Below are positions 53,472 through 64,000 of a stretch of 64,000 bases of DNA, piece after piece. Location of the stretch: assembly GCA_963675495.1 (NCBI GenBank), contig OY776215.1, positions 544,001 to 608,000 on the forward strand, in the 5' to 3' direction. Position numbers and translations under genes: made by a program. Source of the DNA: an uncultured Methanolobus sp. (lineage in GTDB: Archaea > Halobacteriota > Methanosarcinia > Methanosarcinales > Methanosarcinaceae). The notes beneath the pieces are model-generated. The model was given only the letters and a program-made list of their open reading frames with translations. It had not been told where the DNA came from and searched no databases. Each line of letters opens with the position of its first letter. The first letter of the stretch is position 1.

Positions 53472-55074
53472 CCCAAGTTTGACAGTCAAAAGTAATAAAA
53501 GTGTTCTTAATTCTGTTGTATTCGACCAAAAATGCAAACAAAACTAAGAACATTTAACATTATTCCCAATGGAAATATATGTTTTCCCATTGGGACGATT
53601 TTGGCTGTAAACCAACTTTATGGTATCCTTGATTTATCCACTGTTTTCAGCAAACACAAAAAGAATGGAATTGACATCAACAGCTTGCTGAAAGCTCTTG
53701 TCAGCTACAAGCTGACAGATAATTTCAGCATAAGTAAAACTCACGAATGGATAAATCGTGATGAAGTTCTTGATATTTTCAGTCTTCCAGAATTTAGTGA
53801 AAGAACTCTGTACAGGGTTCTTGAAACCCTGGGAAATAATCGTGAAACGATTATTTCTGATATTCAAGACAGGCTGTTTGCCAGATATGATTTTGAGCAT
53901 ACCTATATCAACTTGGACTGGACAAGTATCGTTCTACATGGTGACAAATCACCGTTAGGAAAGTATGGATATAGTCGTGACCATAGGTCAGATAAGAAAC
54001 AGATAACTTTGGGAATAAGTGAACTTGCTGATCCCATAAATGTCCCCATAGGTATTACAGTAGAAAAAGGGAATATGCAGGATCAGAAACATTTCAGGAA
54101 AACATACCAACAGGTAAACAAACGATTGAAACAAGAATCTCTTGTTGTTTTTGATAAAGGAGCACACAGCATAGGAAATACTTCTCTGATACGAGAGGAT
54201 AAGCTGCATTACCTGACTGCAAGAAAACTCAACACAAGTGATGATAAGAAAATATTAACATTCTGGAAATGTTCTCCTGAACTGATCGATCCAAAAAATG
54301 GAAAATATGGCCTAAAGATCATTAAACCAAGTAGTGTCAACTACTTCTATTTTTCAGAAAAACTCCAGAAGGAACAACTTGACTCCAAAGCAAGAAAAGT
54401 CATTAGACAAATGAAAGAAGCAAAGGCAATACAGGAGTCAATTGACAAGAAAAAGAGGCTTCCTAAAAGATTCAGGATCAATAATGTCCTTGTTGATGTT
54501 ACTTATTCTTTGCAGACTAAACTGATGAAACTTGATGAACAAGAAGCAATCAAACTCCTTGAAGAACACTTGATTACAGGTAGAGAAGGATTTTTCTGTT
54601 TGAAATCAAGCAAGAATTTGACACTAAAAGAAGCTCTTCAAACTTATCGAAAAAAAGATTCTGTTGAGAAGATCATCAATTCACTGAAGAATGAAATCGA
54701 GATTAAACCACTAAGAGTGTGGACGGATGCTAGCATTTATGGTGCCGTAATCATTGGATTCATTGCACAACTTTTCATATCGCTAATGCGATATGAGTTC
54801 AATGAACTCAAACATAAGTCTACAAAATTCATAAAAAATAGCCTATTGAATTTGACAGTAACCGTAGATTTCACGGGAAATGAGCAAAAAAAGTACATTT
54901 ACGCCAATTTCGATGAAATAAATTCACTGATATTAAGGCAAAAGTGGGTAAAATCGTAGAAAAATCTATGAAACTGACCTAACTGCCAAATAGGTTTTCC
55001 TGACAAAAAAAGAAAAATTAGGGTAAAAGAGAAAACATTCTCTTTATCAAGGAGTGAAAACTGTCAAAGTTGGG
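53472..55074 (+). mobile_element. IS1634-family insertion sequence
   Basis: 15-bp TIRs CCCAAGTTTGACAGT / ACTGTCAAAGTTGGG (one mismatch), flanked by 6-bp TSD TTAAAA (53466-53471, 55075-55080). Confidence 0.92.
53532..54959 (+). CDS. IS1634-family DDE transposase
   Basis: DWTS, GYSRDHR.D.KQ, VFDKG, YRKKDSVEK...LK. Confidence 0.92.
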   Translation: MQTKLRTFNIIPNGNICFPIGTILAVNQLYGILDLSTVFSKHKKNGIDINSLLKALVSYKLTDNFSISKTHEWINRDEVLDIFSLPEFSERTLYRVLETLGNNRETIISDIQDRLFARYDFEHTYINLDWTSIVLHGDKSPLGKYGYSRDHRSDKKQITLGISELADPINVPIGITVEKGNMQDQKHFRKTYQQVNKRLKQESLVVFDKGAHSIGNTSLIREDKLHYLTARKLNTSDDKKILTFWKCSPELIDPKNGKYGLKIIKPSSVNYFYFSEKLQKEQLDSKARKVIRQMKEAKAIQESIDKKKRLPKRFRINNVLVDVTYSLQTKLMKLDEQEAIKLLEEHLITGREGFFCLKSSKNLTLKEALQTYRKKDSVEKIINSLKNEIEIKPLRVWTDASIYGAVIIGFIAQLFISLMRYEFNELKHKSTKFIKNSLLNLTVTVDFTGNEQKKYIYANFDEINSLILRQKWVKS

Positions 55075-55217
55075 TTAAAAATAATACAGATTATGTAATG
55101 GTTCTAAACAATGACACGTTTGTTGGTTCCAATTTTTTAGTAGAATTATTTAATATTGCAGAATCGGATTCAAAAATCGAAGTGTTGGTTCGAAAACCCA
55201 TTAGGCAGATTCAATTA

Positions 55218-56279
55218 TTATATTAAATCCACATCTTCAAGCATTCTTTGGACACGATTGACATACGTATGATCCCTATAAACTCTTTTTTGTCCCCTTT
55301 TAGCAATTTTTTCCCTTTCATCTCCATTTTCAATATAGTAATTAATTTTATCGAACAATTCTTTTTCAGTACTATAGCATTCGATTTCTGTTCCAATTTC
55401 AAATAAATCATTCAAACTCGCTTTATAGTCTATCAATTCAAATCCTCCTGAACCTAATATCTCAAAAGTTCTTGGATTTAAACCTTCAAGAGATTGAGAG
55501 TGATGCATATTTAAACATATTTTAGATTGATTATAAATGTTGTTTATTCGATTATAATCTATATCATAATTATTAATTTTAGATGATAATTTTTGTGTTT
55601 TTACTTTATAATTATAGTACGATAAAGGATTATACCAAGTCCAACATCTTGACCATATTTGCAAATTAAGATTCTCATTTAGAGAGCAAACATTATCCAA
55701 TAATTCTTTTCTGGCAGGATATAAATTGCCAATAAAAGAAATGTCAATAGATTGCTCTATATCTCCCTTAAGTTTGAAATAGCAATCTGGATCATATGCC
55801 ATTGGAAGAACCTTTGCTTCAACTTTATATTTCTTCAATTTACTAACATCTGAAGGTTCAAAAGTATAAAAATAGTCATATAGTTTAGCGCTGTTAAGTA
55901 TATTCTTATATCGAAAGGGACTATCATAGCACCAAATAACATGAGGAGATGAAGTTATACTTTTTATAGATTTTACTGTTTCTGGAAATAAAATATCTCC
56001 CCTTAATGTTAATATCAAATCAGGTTCAATTTTTTTTATTTGTTCAATTAGTTTCTTATTAAAATCGATAATTTCATTTCTCATAAATTTGTTCAATCGA
56101 TCAGTTTCATCCATTTTCATATGAAGAATCTGGGAAACAAAAGACTTCCATCTATAACCAACAGCAGAATACAAATCAGGCCAATCTAATAATTCAGTAG
56201 TATCTGCAAAACTATCTATTGCTTTAGTAATCATAGAATTATATGTATAAAATATAGGACCATTCACTAATATTTTCAT
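55218..56279 (-). CDS. CgeB-like glycosyltransferase (GT-B)
   Basis: DISFIG..YP.R, SKICLN.H, NPRTFE....GGF, HTYVNR. Confidence 0.82.
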   Translation of the reverse strand: MKILVNGPIFYTYNSMITKAIDSFADTTELLDWPDLYSAVGYRWKSFVSQILHMKMDETDRLNKFMRNEIIDFNKKLIEQIKKIEPDLILTLRGDILFPETVKSIKSITSSPHVIWCYDSPFRYKNILNSAKLYDYFYTFEPSDVSKLKKYKVEAKVLPMAYDPDCYFKLKGDIEQSIDISFIGNLYPARKELLDNVCSLNENLNLQIWSRCWTWYNPLSYYNYKVKTQKLSSKINNYDIDYNRINNIYNQSKICLNMHHSQSLEGLNPRTFEILGSGGFELIDYKASLNDLFEIGTEIECYSTEKELFDKINYYIENGDEREKIAKRGQKRVYRDHTYVNRVQRMLEDVDLI

Positions 56280-56288
56280 AATCTACCC

Positions 56289-58148
56289 TCATTCAATTTG
56301 GTATAAACTCAATCCATCATTATCATATATTTTGAAAACATATGAATCTCTTTCGAGTAAACTAAAGTCACTTGGAAGTAACCTCCAATTTTCTTCATAC
56401 TCAGGAAAAACTGTTTGATAAAAATACTCCATTTGTAAAGGTATAACCATATATCTTTTATTTTGATAATAATTCCCTAGGGATACATTGCTTGTATACC
56501 CAAAATGATATGGAATCATTGTGTTTTCGTTCCTAATATCATTTTTTCGTGCCGCTACGCCAAACAACATATCATGAAATCTATTTTGATTAGTACCTAA
56601 TTCTTGGATTAAGTAACCTTCATCTCCATAATCAAAAAGCCACTTAAACCCAGTTACTTCCATTTCAGAAATTTGATGATTAGATAATCTGGCGTGGGGG
56701 GATGGGTAGAAAGTAATAACTGACGTAAAGACGAATGATAAAATTATCATATAGGTACATAATAATTTAAAAGTTGTCATACAATCAATTTTCTCTACAA
56801 ATTCATGCACAGATACTAGGTTCTTTTGTGTAAATGACTGAAGACCCAGTCCAACTACAATCGTACCAAAAAACATTGCAAATTTGTAAACTCGCCAAAA
56901 ATCAATTATGAAATCATTGAAGAAAAAGACTATAGATAATAAAACAAAAAGTAAAAAGCAAAAAGAATACAAAAAGTGATAATAACTATAATTTAGTGAT
57001 TTTTTCTTTCTCAATATAATGGCTATAAAGTAAATAGAGAATATACCTCCAATTATACTCATGATGATAATTAATCCAAACTGAAAATATGCAATTTCTA
57101 GCAATTTTGAAAAAGGTAACGTAATTTGATTACTGATGCTACTATACATTTGATAATTTGATGATTCTGAGCCATAAAGTAAAGAACTCAAAGCACTTTT
57201 AAGACTTCCAATTACTGACGAAAATGAGAAATACCAACTAAAAAAAAGAATAAAGGAAACTATTATTGCATTCAATCCACCGAAACCTGGCGATAAATAG
57301 TTTTTATTTTGTGAAAACTGAATATTATTAGAATAGGTTATAGAAGTTATTAGAACAGCCATAAAAATAGCCATAAAAAACAATATAGTCACTGGATGAA
57401 AGAAAGTAATGCAAGCCATTGTAATGAATAGCAAAATACGGAATTCTACACAATTATATATATCAGAATATGATTTAAAAAATAAATATAGTGTGAATGG
57501 TAGCAATAAAAATGATTGAAAGCTTGGAACAAAAATTAATTCACTACCGCCGAATAATAAAATTGTAGATAAGTTTAATGCAAATACAAAAAAAATTCTG
57601 TTTCTGAAAGTAGTCTTCATTAGCAAGTAAATGGAAATCATATAATAGATAGAAAATATGACTGGCGTAATTAGTATTATTTTTTCAATATTCAAATTCA
57701 AAAAGTATGATAAAGAAGTAGCAAATATATGATCAAGAGGATAATAATTCGACCCAATGCCTGCTGTTTCCATTAAATCTCGAATAATTCCGATATGGGT
57801 TGGAGGATCTCCTCTGCCATAAGTATAATAGCCCCGAATTAAAGGTAGAAATAATAAAATAGCATTTGTTAGTAAAATTGCTGTATAACCATAAATCCAG
57901 TATTTATTTTTGTTAGAAAATAAAGATGTCCTAATAAGAATTAATTGTCCAATAGAAATCGATAATAAAATTGATAGCCAAAAATACCATGGATAGACTT
58001 TATAAATTGAGATTTCATATCCATTAATGTTAGAAGTTGTTGCAAGAATACATAGCGCAAATTGAATTAAAGAAAATGAAACGATGCATAAAATCTTATC
58101 AAGATTTTTATTTGGCAAAATTAATAAGTCAATGTTCATATTAATCAT
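56289..58148 (-). CDS. Polytopic membrane protein of glycosylation locus (GT-C/polymerase-like)
   Basis: About 13 TM; GRGDP.TH, YYP..H and FFHP motifs. Confidence 0.65.
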   Translation of the reverse strand: MINMNIDLLILPNKNLDKILCIVSFSLIQFALCILATTSNINGYEISIYKVYPWYFWLSILLSISIGQLILIRTSLFSNKNKYWIYGYTAILLTNAILLFLPLIRGYYTYGRGDPPTHIGIIRDLMETAGIGSNYYPLDHIFATSLSYFLNLNIEKIILITPVIFSIYYMISIYLLMKTTFRNRIFFVFALNLSTILLFGGSELIFVPSFQSFLLLPFTLYLFFKSYSDIYNCVEFRILLFITMACITFFHPVTILFFMAIFMAVLITSITYSNNIQFSQNKNYLSPGFGGLNAIIVSFILFFSWYFSFSSVIGSLKSALSSLLYGSESSNYQMYSSISNQITLPFSKLLEIAYFQFGLIIIMSIIGGIFSIYFIAIILRKKKSLNYSYYHFLYSFCFLLFVLLSIVFFFNDFIIDFWRVYKFAMFFGTIVVGLGLQSFTQKNLVSVHEFVEKIDCMTTFKLLCTYMIILSFVFTSVITFYPSPHARLSNHQISEMEVTGFKWLFDYGDEGYLIQELGTNQNRFHDMLFGVAARKNDIRNENTMIPYHFGYTSNVSLGNYYQNKRYMVIPLQMEYFYQTVFPEYEENWRLLPSDFSLLERDSYVFKIYDNDGLSLYQIE

Positions 58149-58163
58149 TATTATAGCACATTG

Positions 58164-59330
58164 TCATAATTTATTTACCACAGTTTCATACATTTCTAGT
58201 GTCTGTTTGACTACTACATCTGGATGATACTTTTTAATAGCAGTTTCTTTTGCATTTTCACCAAACTTGAATCTTTGATTAGATTTTTCAAGCAGTTCTA
58301 TTGTATATTTAGCTATTTTTTCATAATCATTATTTTTTACAATATATCCTGTTACTCCATTTTCAACAACATATCTATTGCTATTAATATTAGAAGCAAT
58401 TACAGCTGTTCCTGATGCCATTGATTCTATTATTGACATTGGTTGCGTTTCCTGATGAGAGAGAAGATATACAATTGATGTCTTTCCATACAGATTGATA
58501 ATTTTCTCTCTCGAAACACTTCCTAAATATTCGACATTTGCAGTAATATTATTTTTAACAATAGCCTCATTTACTTTTTTTAAGTATATTTTATCAGAAC
58601 TACCAGTCATTATCAGTTTTACATCAGGTATTTTTTCTTTTACTATTTTAATTGCTTCAATTGCAGCCAATTGATTTTTTCGTTCAATGATTCTAGCAGG
58701 ATAATAAATTAAATTATTATCTTGTTCATTTATAGTATTTGAAAAGAAAACATCATCAATAGGATTATTTATCTGAAAAATGCTATTCATTTCATCGTAT
58801 AAATTCAATTCTTGAAGTACATCTATTACATAAGGGCTGATAGCAACGAAACCATCTAATTTTGGCAAAATTTTTTTTAATATAAGCATATTATAATCAC
58901 TATATAATATATGAGATAAAGATTTTCTAGCAAATTTCTTTTCAATATGGAACATCCCATGCAAGGTCAATACAATAGGAACTTCCATATCTATGATTTT
59001 AGTTAGTGCTGTGGGATAATGAGCATGTATTAAGTCGAAAGTATTTGACTCTATGAATTTTCTCACTATCACTGAATCTCCAAAAATCCGAGGTAAAAGA
59101 TTTAAACGTGCAAAATAATGCACTTGCACTTTAGGAAAATATTCGTGAACAAAACTATCTTTGACAGTACTATGGATAGTTAGTATAGTTATGTCTATTT
59201 TTTGATTAAGGCTCATGTTTTTGACAAGATTATACAGCACATTTTCAGGTCCTGCATTCGGGCTATTATTTGGCAATGGAAAATCTCCAATAAAACATAT
59301 TTTCACTAAATTCACCACACTATTTTCCAA
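58164..59330 (-). CDS. GT4 glycosyltransferase
   Basis: RKN, ETQPMSIIESMASG. Confidence 0.9.
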   Translation of the reverse strand: MENSVVNLVKICFIGDFPLPNNSPNAGPENVLYNLVKNMSLNQKIDITILTIHSTVKDSFVHEYFPKVQVHYFARLNLLPRIFGDSVIVRKFIESNTFDLIHAHYPTALTKIIDMEVPIVLTLHGMFHIEKKFARKSLSHILYSDYNMLILKKILPKLDGFVAISPYVIDVLQELNLYDEMNSIFQINNPIDDVFFSNTINEQDNNLIYYPARIIERKNQLAAIEAIKIVKEKIPDVKLIMTGSSDKIYLKKVNEAIVKNNITANVEYLGSVSREKIINLYGKTSIVYLLSHQETQPMSIIESMASGTAVIASNINSNRYVVENGVTGYIVKNNDYEKIAKYTIELLEKSNQRFKFGENAKETAIKKYHPDVVVKQTLEMYETVVNKL

Positions 59331-59339
59331 AAACTGAAT

Positions 59340-60452
59340 TTATCCTAATAATTTAAAGTACTGATTAGAGATTTGATTGGCAACATTTTTCCAATCATAC
59401 CTATCCTTGATTTTTTGTTTATTGCATTTACTCATCATCATTCTTAAATTAGGATTTTCAATCAATTTAATAATCCGATTTGCTAATTCAAGATGATCTC
59501 CGGGAGTTATTAGGTATCCATTTTCCCCATCATCAATGACCTCAGGAATACCACCAACATGAGAGCTAATTACAGGCAAACCACTAGCCATTGCTTCCAA
59601 CATGGCTATTGGTAAGCCTTCGGCATACGAAGGTAACAAAAAAATATCAGATACCGCAAACAATTCATACTTTTCTTCATCACTTATGTTAGGTTTGACT
59701 GTAACGTAATCTTCTAATCCTAAGTCTTTACAAGTTTCTCTAAATTCATCAATTTGCCCTTTTACTTCTTCTGAACCCGCAAAAGTAAAGTGTACCTGTT
59801 TGTTCTTTTTGGTAATACTGTTTATAGATTTTAAAACATCATAAATTCCCTTTCTTTCAACAAGATTTCCCAAAAATAAAATATTCGTATTATCATGATG
59901 GTACTTTTCAATTTCTGTATTTTTATTGTATGATTCATATTTGGAGTAATGTACTCCATTAGGAAGGACAAAAATTTTATTTTCATCAACAATCTTCCTA
60001 AAAAATGATTCCCAACTAGATGACAAAACAATAACTGTATCAGCGCAATTTAGAAGATATTTTATCAATCCTTTTTTAAGATGGTTGCTATTATTATAAA
60101 ACAAATCAAATTTTGCTCCATGAACATGCATTATTGTTTTTGATCCAAATATTTTAGCTACGATTAAAAGGAGGGATTTATCCCAGAATGCTAAATAAGA
60201 AGATGTATGAATATGGACAATGTCGGGCTTTTCGGTGGCAAGTATCTGACTTAGCCTTGAGAGTATGTTTAAGGAAAGTATCAAGTTCTTGATGTTCGAT
60301 TTTTTAATTGAAAGATCTCTTGCAGTATTGAGATGCATAATTGAAAATCTATCTTTTATTTCTGAAGCTAACATATCCTCTACGTATGTTGAGATTCCTC
60401 CCATTGGGGGGGGAGTTGGTCCCACTATAAGAACAGATTTATCTTGGTTCAT
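59340..60452 (-). CDS. GT4 glycosyltransferase
   Basis: GP.PPP.GGI, RKG, EGLPIAMLEAMASGLP. Confidence 0.92.
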   Translation of the reverse strand: MNQDKSVLIVGPTPPPMGGISTYVEDMLASEIKDRFSIMHLNTARDLSIKKSNIKNLILSLNILSRLSQILATEKPDIVHIHTSSYLAFWDKSLLLIVAKIFGSKTIMHVHGAKFDLFYNNSNHLKKGLIKYLLNCADTVIVLSSSWESFFRKIVDENKIFVLPNGVHYSKYESYNKNTEIEKYHHDNTNILFLGNLVERKGIYDVLKSINSITKKNKQVHFTFAGSEEVKGQIDEFRETCKDLGLEDYVTVKPNISDEEKYELFAVSDIFLLPSYAEGLPIAMLEAMASGLPVISSHVGGIPEVIDDGENGYLITPGDHLELANRIIKLIENPNLRMMMSKCNKQKIKDRYDWKNVANQISNQYFKLLG

Positions 60453-60535
60453 ATGAAATTTTCAACATCCTTATATAAGTTTTTAAAAATATGTTCTGCT
60501 AATTATACTGACATTTTTTATTTCACAATATAATT

Positions 60536-61891
60536 TCAGCTATTGTTATATACCTGCGAAATCACCACACGATGCTTTCCTGAAGGAGGAGTCTTAATCG
60601 AGTCCACATAATTGATATGAATCGTGCAATCGTCATTAAAATATTTGTACAATGACTTTTTAATAGCTTCTGTTACTTGCTCATTATAAGTTTTCTTCTT
60701 CACAAGCAACAGTTCTAACTTATCTATATGTGTTTGAATCACTTGATATTTTTGAATGTCTTTTTCAAACATCTGAAAAATATCTGGTATAAGTGTACTT
60801 GGAATTAATTTTCCATCTTTTGTAACTAAAATGTCATTTTTTCTTCCGACAATAGAATGAATTAATGGTAAGCTTCTTCCACATTCACATTTTTTGCTTG
60901 TAGGAATTCCTAAATCACCATTTTCATAACGTATCAAAGGCATGCCTAAATTTGTATAATCAGTAACAAGAATGCTACCTATCTCTCCATCATTCACTCT
61001 TTTTCCATTATTGTCTATAAATTCTAAAAATACATTTTCTATTGCAATATGATATCCTGAATGATTATCACATTCCTGTGCATAAGTGGCTTCTTTACTT
61101 CCATAATGATCAAAGACTTTACAGTTCAATTGTTTTTCTATTGTTTGTCGATAATGTGGATGTAAAGTTTCAGAATCTGAGATTGCAGAACTTACATTTA
61201 AACAAATATTATTATTTTCTAAGAATTTCGAAAATAAGTATAGTGATGAGGAATAACCATAGAGAACTTTTGGACTAAAATTTTTAATAGTTTCAGTATA
61301 TTCGGCAAATATCCGGTCATTAACTCCAAATGTTGGTAATCTTTTTTGTCTCATCAATTTTAGATAAGCTTTTGCTTGGATTTTTCTAAAAATTTCATCA
61401 TCATATAATGATGCAGTCAAACTAATCCACTTGTCACCAAAGAAATCTAAACCAGCCCACTCAAAAAACCTGTATTGTGCAGCTCTTACGTGTCCCATAG
61501 ATGCCTTGTCACGTGCAAACCTCAAAGGAATACCTGTTGATCCACCTGTAGTTTTATAGAGCAATTTACTTTTTGGAATATTTTGTGCTACAAGTGAATC
61601 AAAATTGTTTCGAATATCTTTTTTAGTTAATAGTGGAAGTTTTATTAAATCGTCTGTTGTTTTAATGTCAGCAGGAGTTAAGTTCAGTTCGTTAAATAAC
61701 TGATGATAATATGGTACATTTTTATATGCATGATTAATGAGAATACGAAGCCTTTTGTTTTGTAAGTTCTGAATTTGTGCAGGAGTGTACCATTGTGTTT
61801 TTTTCAGATATTCTAAGTTCGATAGTGTTTTCGTTCCAAAATATAATTCCATTAAAGGGTATATGCATTTTTTTAGTAGATAATCATACAC
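60536..61891 (-). CDS. Phenylacetate-CoA ligase-like (CapK-type) adenylate-forming enzyme
   Basis: NVPYY, TGGSTG.P, YGS.E, PLIRY..GD, GR..D, SGKHR. Confidence 0.87.
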   Translation of the reverse strand: MYDYLLKKCIYPLMELYFGTKTLSNLEYLKKTQWYTPAQIQNLQNKRLRILINHAYKNVPYYHQLFNELNLTPADIKTTDDLIKLPLLTKKDIRNNFDSLVAQNIPKSKLLYKTTGGSTGIPLRFARDKASMGHVRAAQYRFFEWAGLDFFGDKWISLTASLYDDEIFRKIQAKAYLKLMRQKRLPTFGVNDRIFAEYTETIKNFSPKVLYGYSSSLYLFSKFLENNNICLNVSSAISDSETLHPHYRQTIEKQLNCKVFDHYGSKEATYAQECDNHSGYHIAIENVFLEFIDNNGKRVNDGEIGSILVTDYTNLGMPLIRYENGDLGIPTSKKCECGRSLPLIHSIVGRKNDILVTKDGKLIPSTLIPDIFQMFEKDIQKYQVIQTHIDKLELLLVKKKTYNEQVTEAIKKSLYKYFNDDCTIHINYVDSIKTPPSGKHRVVISQVYNNS

Positions 61892-62882
61892 GCATTATCC
61901 CTCCAATCAAATTGAAAAGAGTGCCCAATCCATACATTATATGTTGTAAAGGAATTATCAAAAGAGTTAACAATGCTGCAGGAGACTTCATTTTAAGTAT
62001 AACACTTAAAGTTGAGTGCAAAACTAAAACAATATAAATCAATGTGAGTGCTCCCAGTATCCATAAAAAAAAGATATATTTCAACGAAGCAATTAACGCA
62101 ATTATAGCAAAAACTATGCAACTAGCTGGTAAAACCGCATACCACCTTACCATGTCTTTGTGTTTTTGGAATAATTTAGTCATCCATGTTCCATACTTAA
62201 ACATCCTTATTGAAAAAGACTTAACATTCCCTCTTCTATGGTGCAAAACGATTGCTTCAGGAACATATAGAAAACGATAACCCTTCTTTCCAATTCTATG
62301 ATTAAGGTCACCATCTTGACCTATTACAAAACACTCGTCAAAGCATCTAACTTCTTTAATTATGGACTTTCTATATAGTGCATTACAATTTGGCAACGAT
62401 GGGACAAATTTCTTTTTAGAAGAATTATTAGCTTGGGCGGAACCGCCTGATCCTAAAAAAGTTTCCTGTGCATAACCAACAACCTTTGCAAATGTAGGGT
62501 CCGTATCAAAAATGAGATTTGGACCGCCAACACATGCTACATCTTCGGGAGCTTTTGTGATTTCCTTAATTAATGTTTTAAGCCAAAGTTTATCTGCTTT
62601 GCAATCTCCGTCTGTGAATGAGACAAAATCTCCTTTAGCTGCCTTTACACCAAGGTTTCTAGCAGCAGCAACGTTCTTTCTTTCATTGAGTATCAGTTTA
62701 ACGGGATATTTTTTAACGATACTTTGAGTATTGTCAGTGGACATCCCATCAACAATGATAATTTCATAAAGTTCTTTAGGGTATTCTTGGCTGAGAAGTG
62801 ATTCGATACATTCAACAATGTATTTTTCCTCATTTCTAATGCCAACTACAACTGAAACAAAAGGATATTCCACGTTTTTCAC
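61884..62882 (-). CDS. GT2 glycosyltransferase
   Basis: VDGMSTD, AARNLG, FTDGD, C-terminal TMs. Confidence 0.9.
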   Translation of the reverse strand: MKNVEYPFVSVVVGIRNEEKYIVECIESLLSQEYPKELYEIIIVDGMSTDNTQSIVKKYPVKLILNERKNVAAARNLGVKAAKGDFVSFTDGDCKADKLWLKTLIKEITKAPEDVACVGGPNLIFDTDPTFAKVVGYAQETFLGSGGSAQANNSSKKKFVPSLPNCNALYRKSIIKEVRCFDECFVIGQDGDLNHRIGKKGYRFLYVPEAIVLHHRRGNVKSFSIRMFKYGTWMTKLFQKHKDMVRWYAVLPASCIVFAIIALIASLKYIFFLWILGALTLIYIVLVLHSTLSVILKMKSPAALLTLLIIPLQHIMYGLGTLFNLIGGIMRV

Positions 62883-62894
62883 CCACCCTGATTA

Positions 62895-63980
62895 TTAATT
62901 CTTAATCTCATTCACTAATCTAGTCATAGCATGCAAATTCAAAGCTGTAGACAACGCTAGCAATCCCAGAATGAACAATAAAACCATCAGGATTGATGGG
63001 CCAAAAGGTATGTAGCTTTCAGAATTATAATGTGAAAGAACAAACCATCCATCAATCAACCCTGCAAACAACATCAACAACCCAGGAACACCAATATAGA
63101 ACAAAGGATGCTTATACTCTATCTCAGTGATAACTCCAGCAAGCACCTTCATACCATGAACCACGGGGTTATGTGTTGATGTATCTTCAATGTCATACCT
63201 GCAACTGATAGGCACCTCTTCGACCTTCAGGTCATGCTCATTGACCTGTAACAGAATCTCCGATCCAGCTGACATACCACTATTTCCAATCTTAATCTTA
63301 TTGATGGCTGAATTAGAATAAGCCCGGAAACCGCTCTGAGTATCACTGAATTTCACACCACCACCATGATTTGTGGCAACATCCAAAACCTTCATACCAA
63401 CTGTACGGTAGAATGGGATATTCTCAGCCTTATGTCCTTCTAAAAATCTAGAACCTATAGAAACATCAGCTCTGTCAGCCAAAATAGGCTCAAGAACCTT
63501 CTTGATCTCTTCTGGATTATGCTGGCCATCTGAGTCGATTATTACCATTGCCCTAGCTTTCATACCTTTAGCTGTTTCGAAGCAAGTTCGTATGGCTGCT
63601 CCATAACCTTTGTTTTCGTCGTGGTAGACTACTTTGGCTCCGCAGGCTGTGGCTATCATAGCTGTGGCATCGATGCTGCCGTCGTTGACAACTACTACCT
63701 CGTCTACGTAGGGTTTGCAACCAAGAACTGTCTTTGCTATGTATTTCTCCTCGTTGAAGGCAGGCATTGCAGCTATTACTTTGCCTGACTTTGTAATATG
63801 ATTATGATTAGAAGCTTTTGTCTTAGAAACAGAAGCAAAGATATCCGATTCTTCCGGGATGATCTCATGTTCTTCTGTGCTTGAGGATTCAGGGGAAATA
63901 TCAGAAAGATGTCCATTACCAGGAGCATCAGAAAGAGTATGCTTAGTAGGAACTTTGGAGTCTATGATTTCAGAAGACAT
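62895..63980 (-). CDS. GT2 polyprenol-phosphate glycosyltransferase (DPM synthase-like)
   Basis: PAFNEE, DGS.D, NKGYG, DSDGQH, DTQSGFRA, two C-terminal TM. Confidence 0.9.
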   Translation of the reverse strand: MSSEIIDSKVPTKHTLSDAPGNGHLSDISPESSSTEEHEIIPEESDIFASVSKTKASNHNHITKSGKVIAAMPAFNEEKYIAKTVLGCKPYVDEVVVVNDGSIDATAMIATACGAKVVYHDENKGYGAAIRTCFETAKGMKARAMVIIDSDGQHNPEEIKKVLEPILADRADVSIGSRFLEGHKAENIPFYRTVGMKVLDVATNHGGGVKFSDTQSGFRAYSNSAINKIKIGNSGMSAGSEILLQVNEHDLKVEEVPISCRYDIEDTSTHNPVVHGMKVLAGVITEIEYKHPLFYIGVPGLLMLFAGLIDGWFVLSHYNSESYIPFGPSILMVLLFILGLLALSTALNLHAMTRLVNEIKN

Positions 63981-64000
63981 AACGCACCGCCCCTGACGAA

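Larger units (their letters stand above)
53233..55200 (+). pseudogene. Decayed GT2 glycosyltransferase interrupted by IS1634
   Basis: 5' part MDYPKV..., EDTIE, IDN.ST, GYSEG.NV with frameshifts; after the IS, DYVMVLNNDTFV..NFL.EL...AESDSKI. Confidence 0.75.

Overview
Archaeal chromosome segment, most likely Methanosarcinaceae (Methanolobus/Methanococcoides-like; inferred from gatE, hdrA-mvhD fusion, fwdGBD, PEF-CTERM). 1-38.4 kb is mostly core: an archaeal pilin fused to 76-aa tandem repeats (runs off the left end), a TctA-type permease, tRNA-Glu(UUC) divergent from a tRNA 2-thiolase, a candidate sRNA, hppA, acnA and citrate synthase, a C-type-lectin surface protein, fwdGBD, FTR/cupin/hcp, hdrA-mvhD with polyferredoxin, gatE, carAB and argG. 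The most unusual part is 38.5-44.8 kb: eight toxin-antitoxin modules (3 HicAB, 3 MNT-HEPN, 1 GNAT, 1 RelE-like), each bracketed by a co-oriented ~20-40 bp repeat (core TGCCGCCTGCGGCG, a cGNAg triloop hairpin on the bottom strand). It looks like a cassette array, but the repeat is not an attC site and no recombinase is in the window. Four of the eight toxins are broken by different lesions. 45-64 kb holds a radical SAM gene and an AT-rich glycosylation locus (rml genes, flippase, glycosyltransferases, CapK-like ligase) with an IS1634 element inside a decayed GT2 gene. All family calls come from motif recognition, not database searches.
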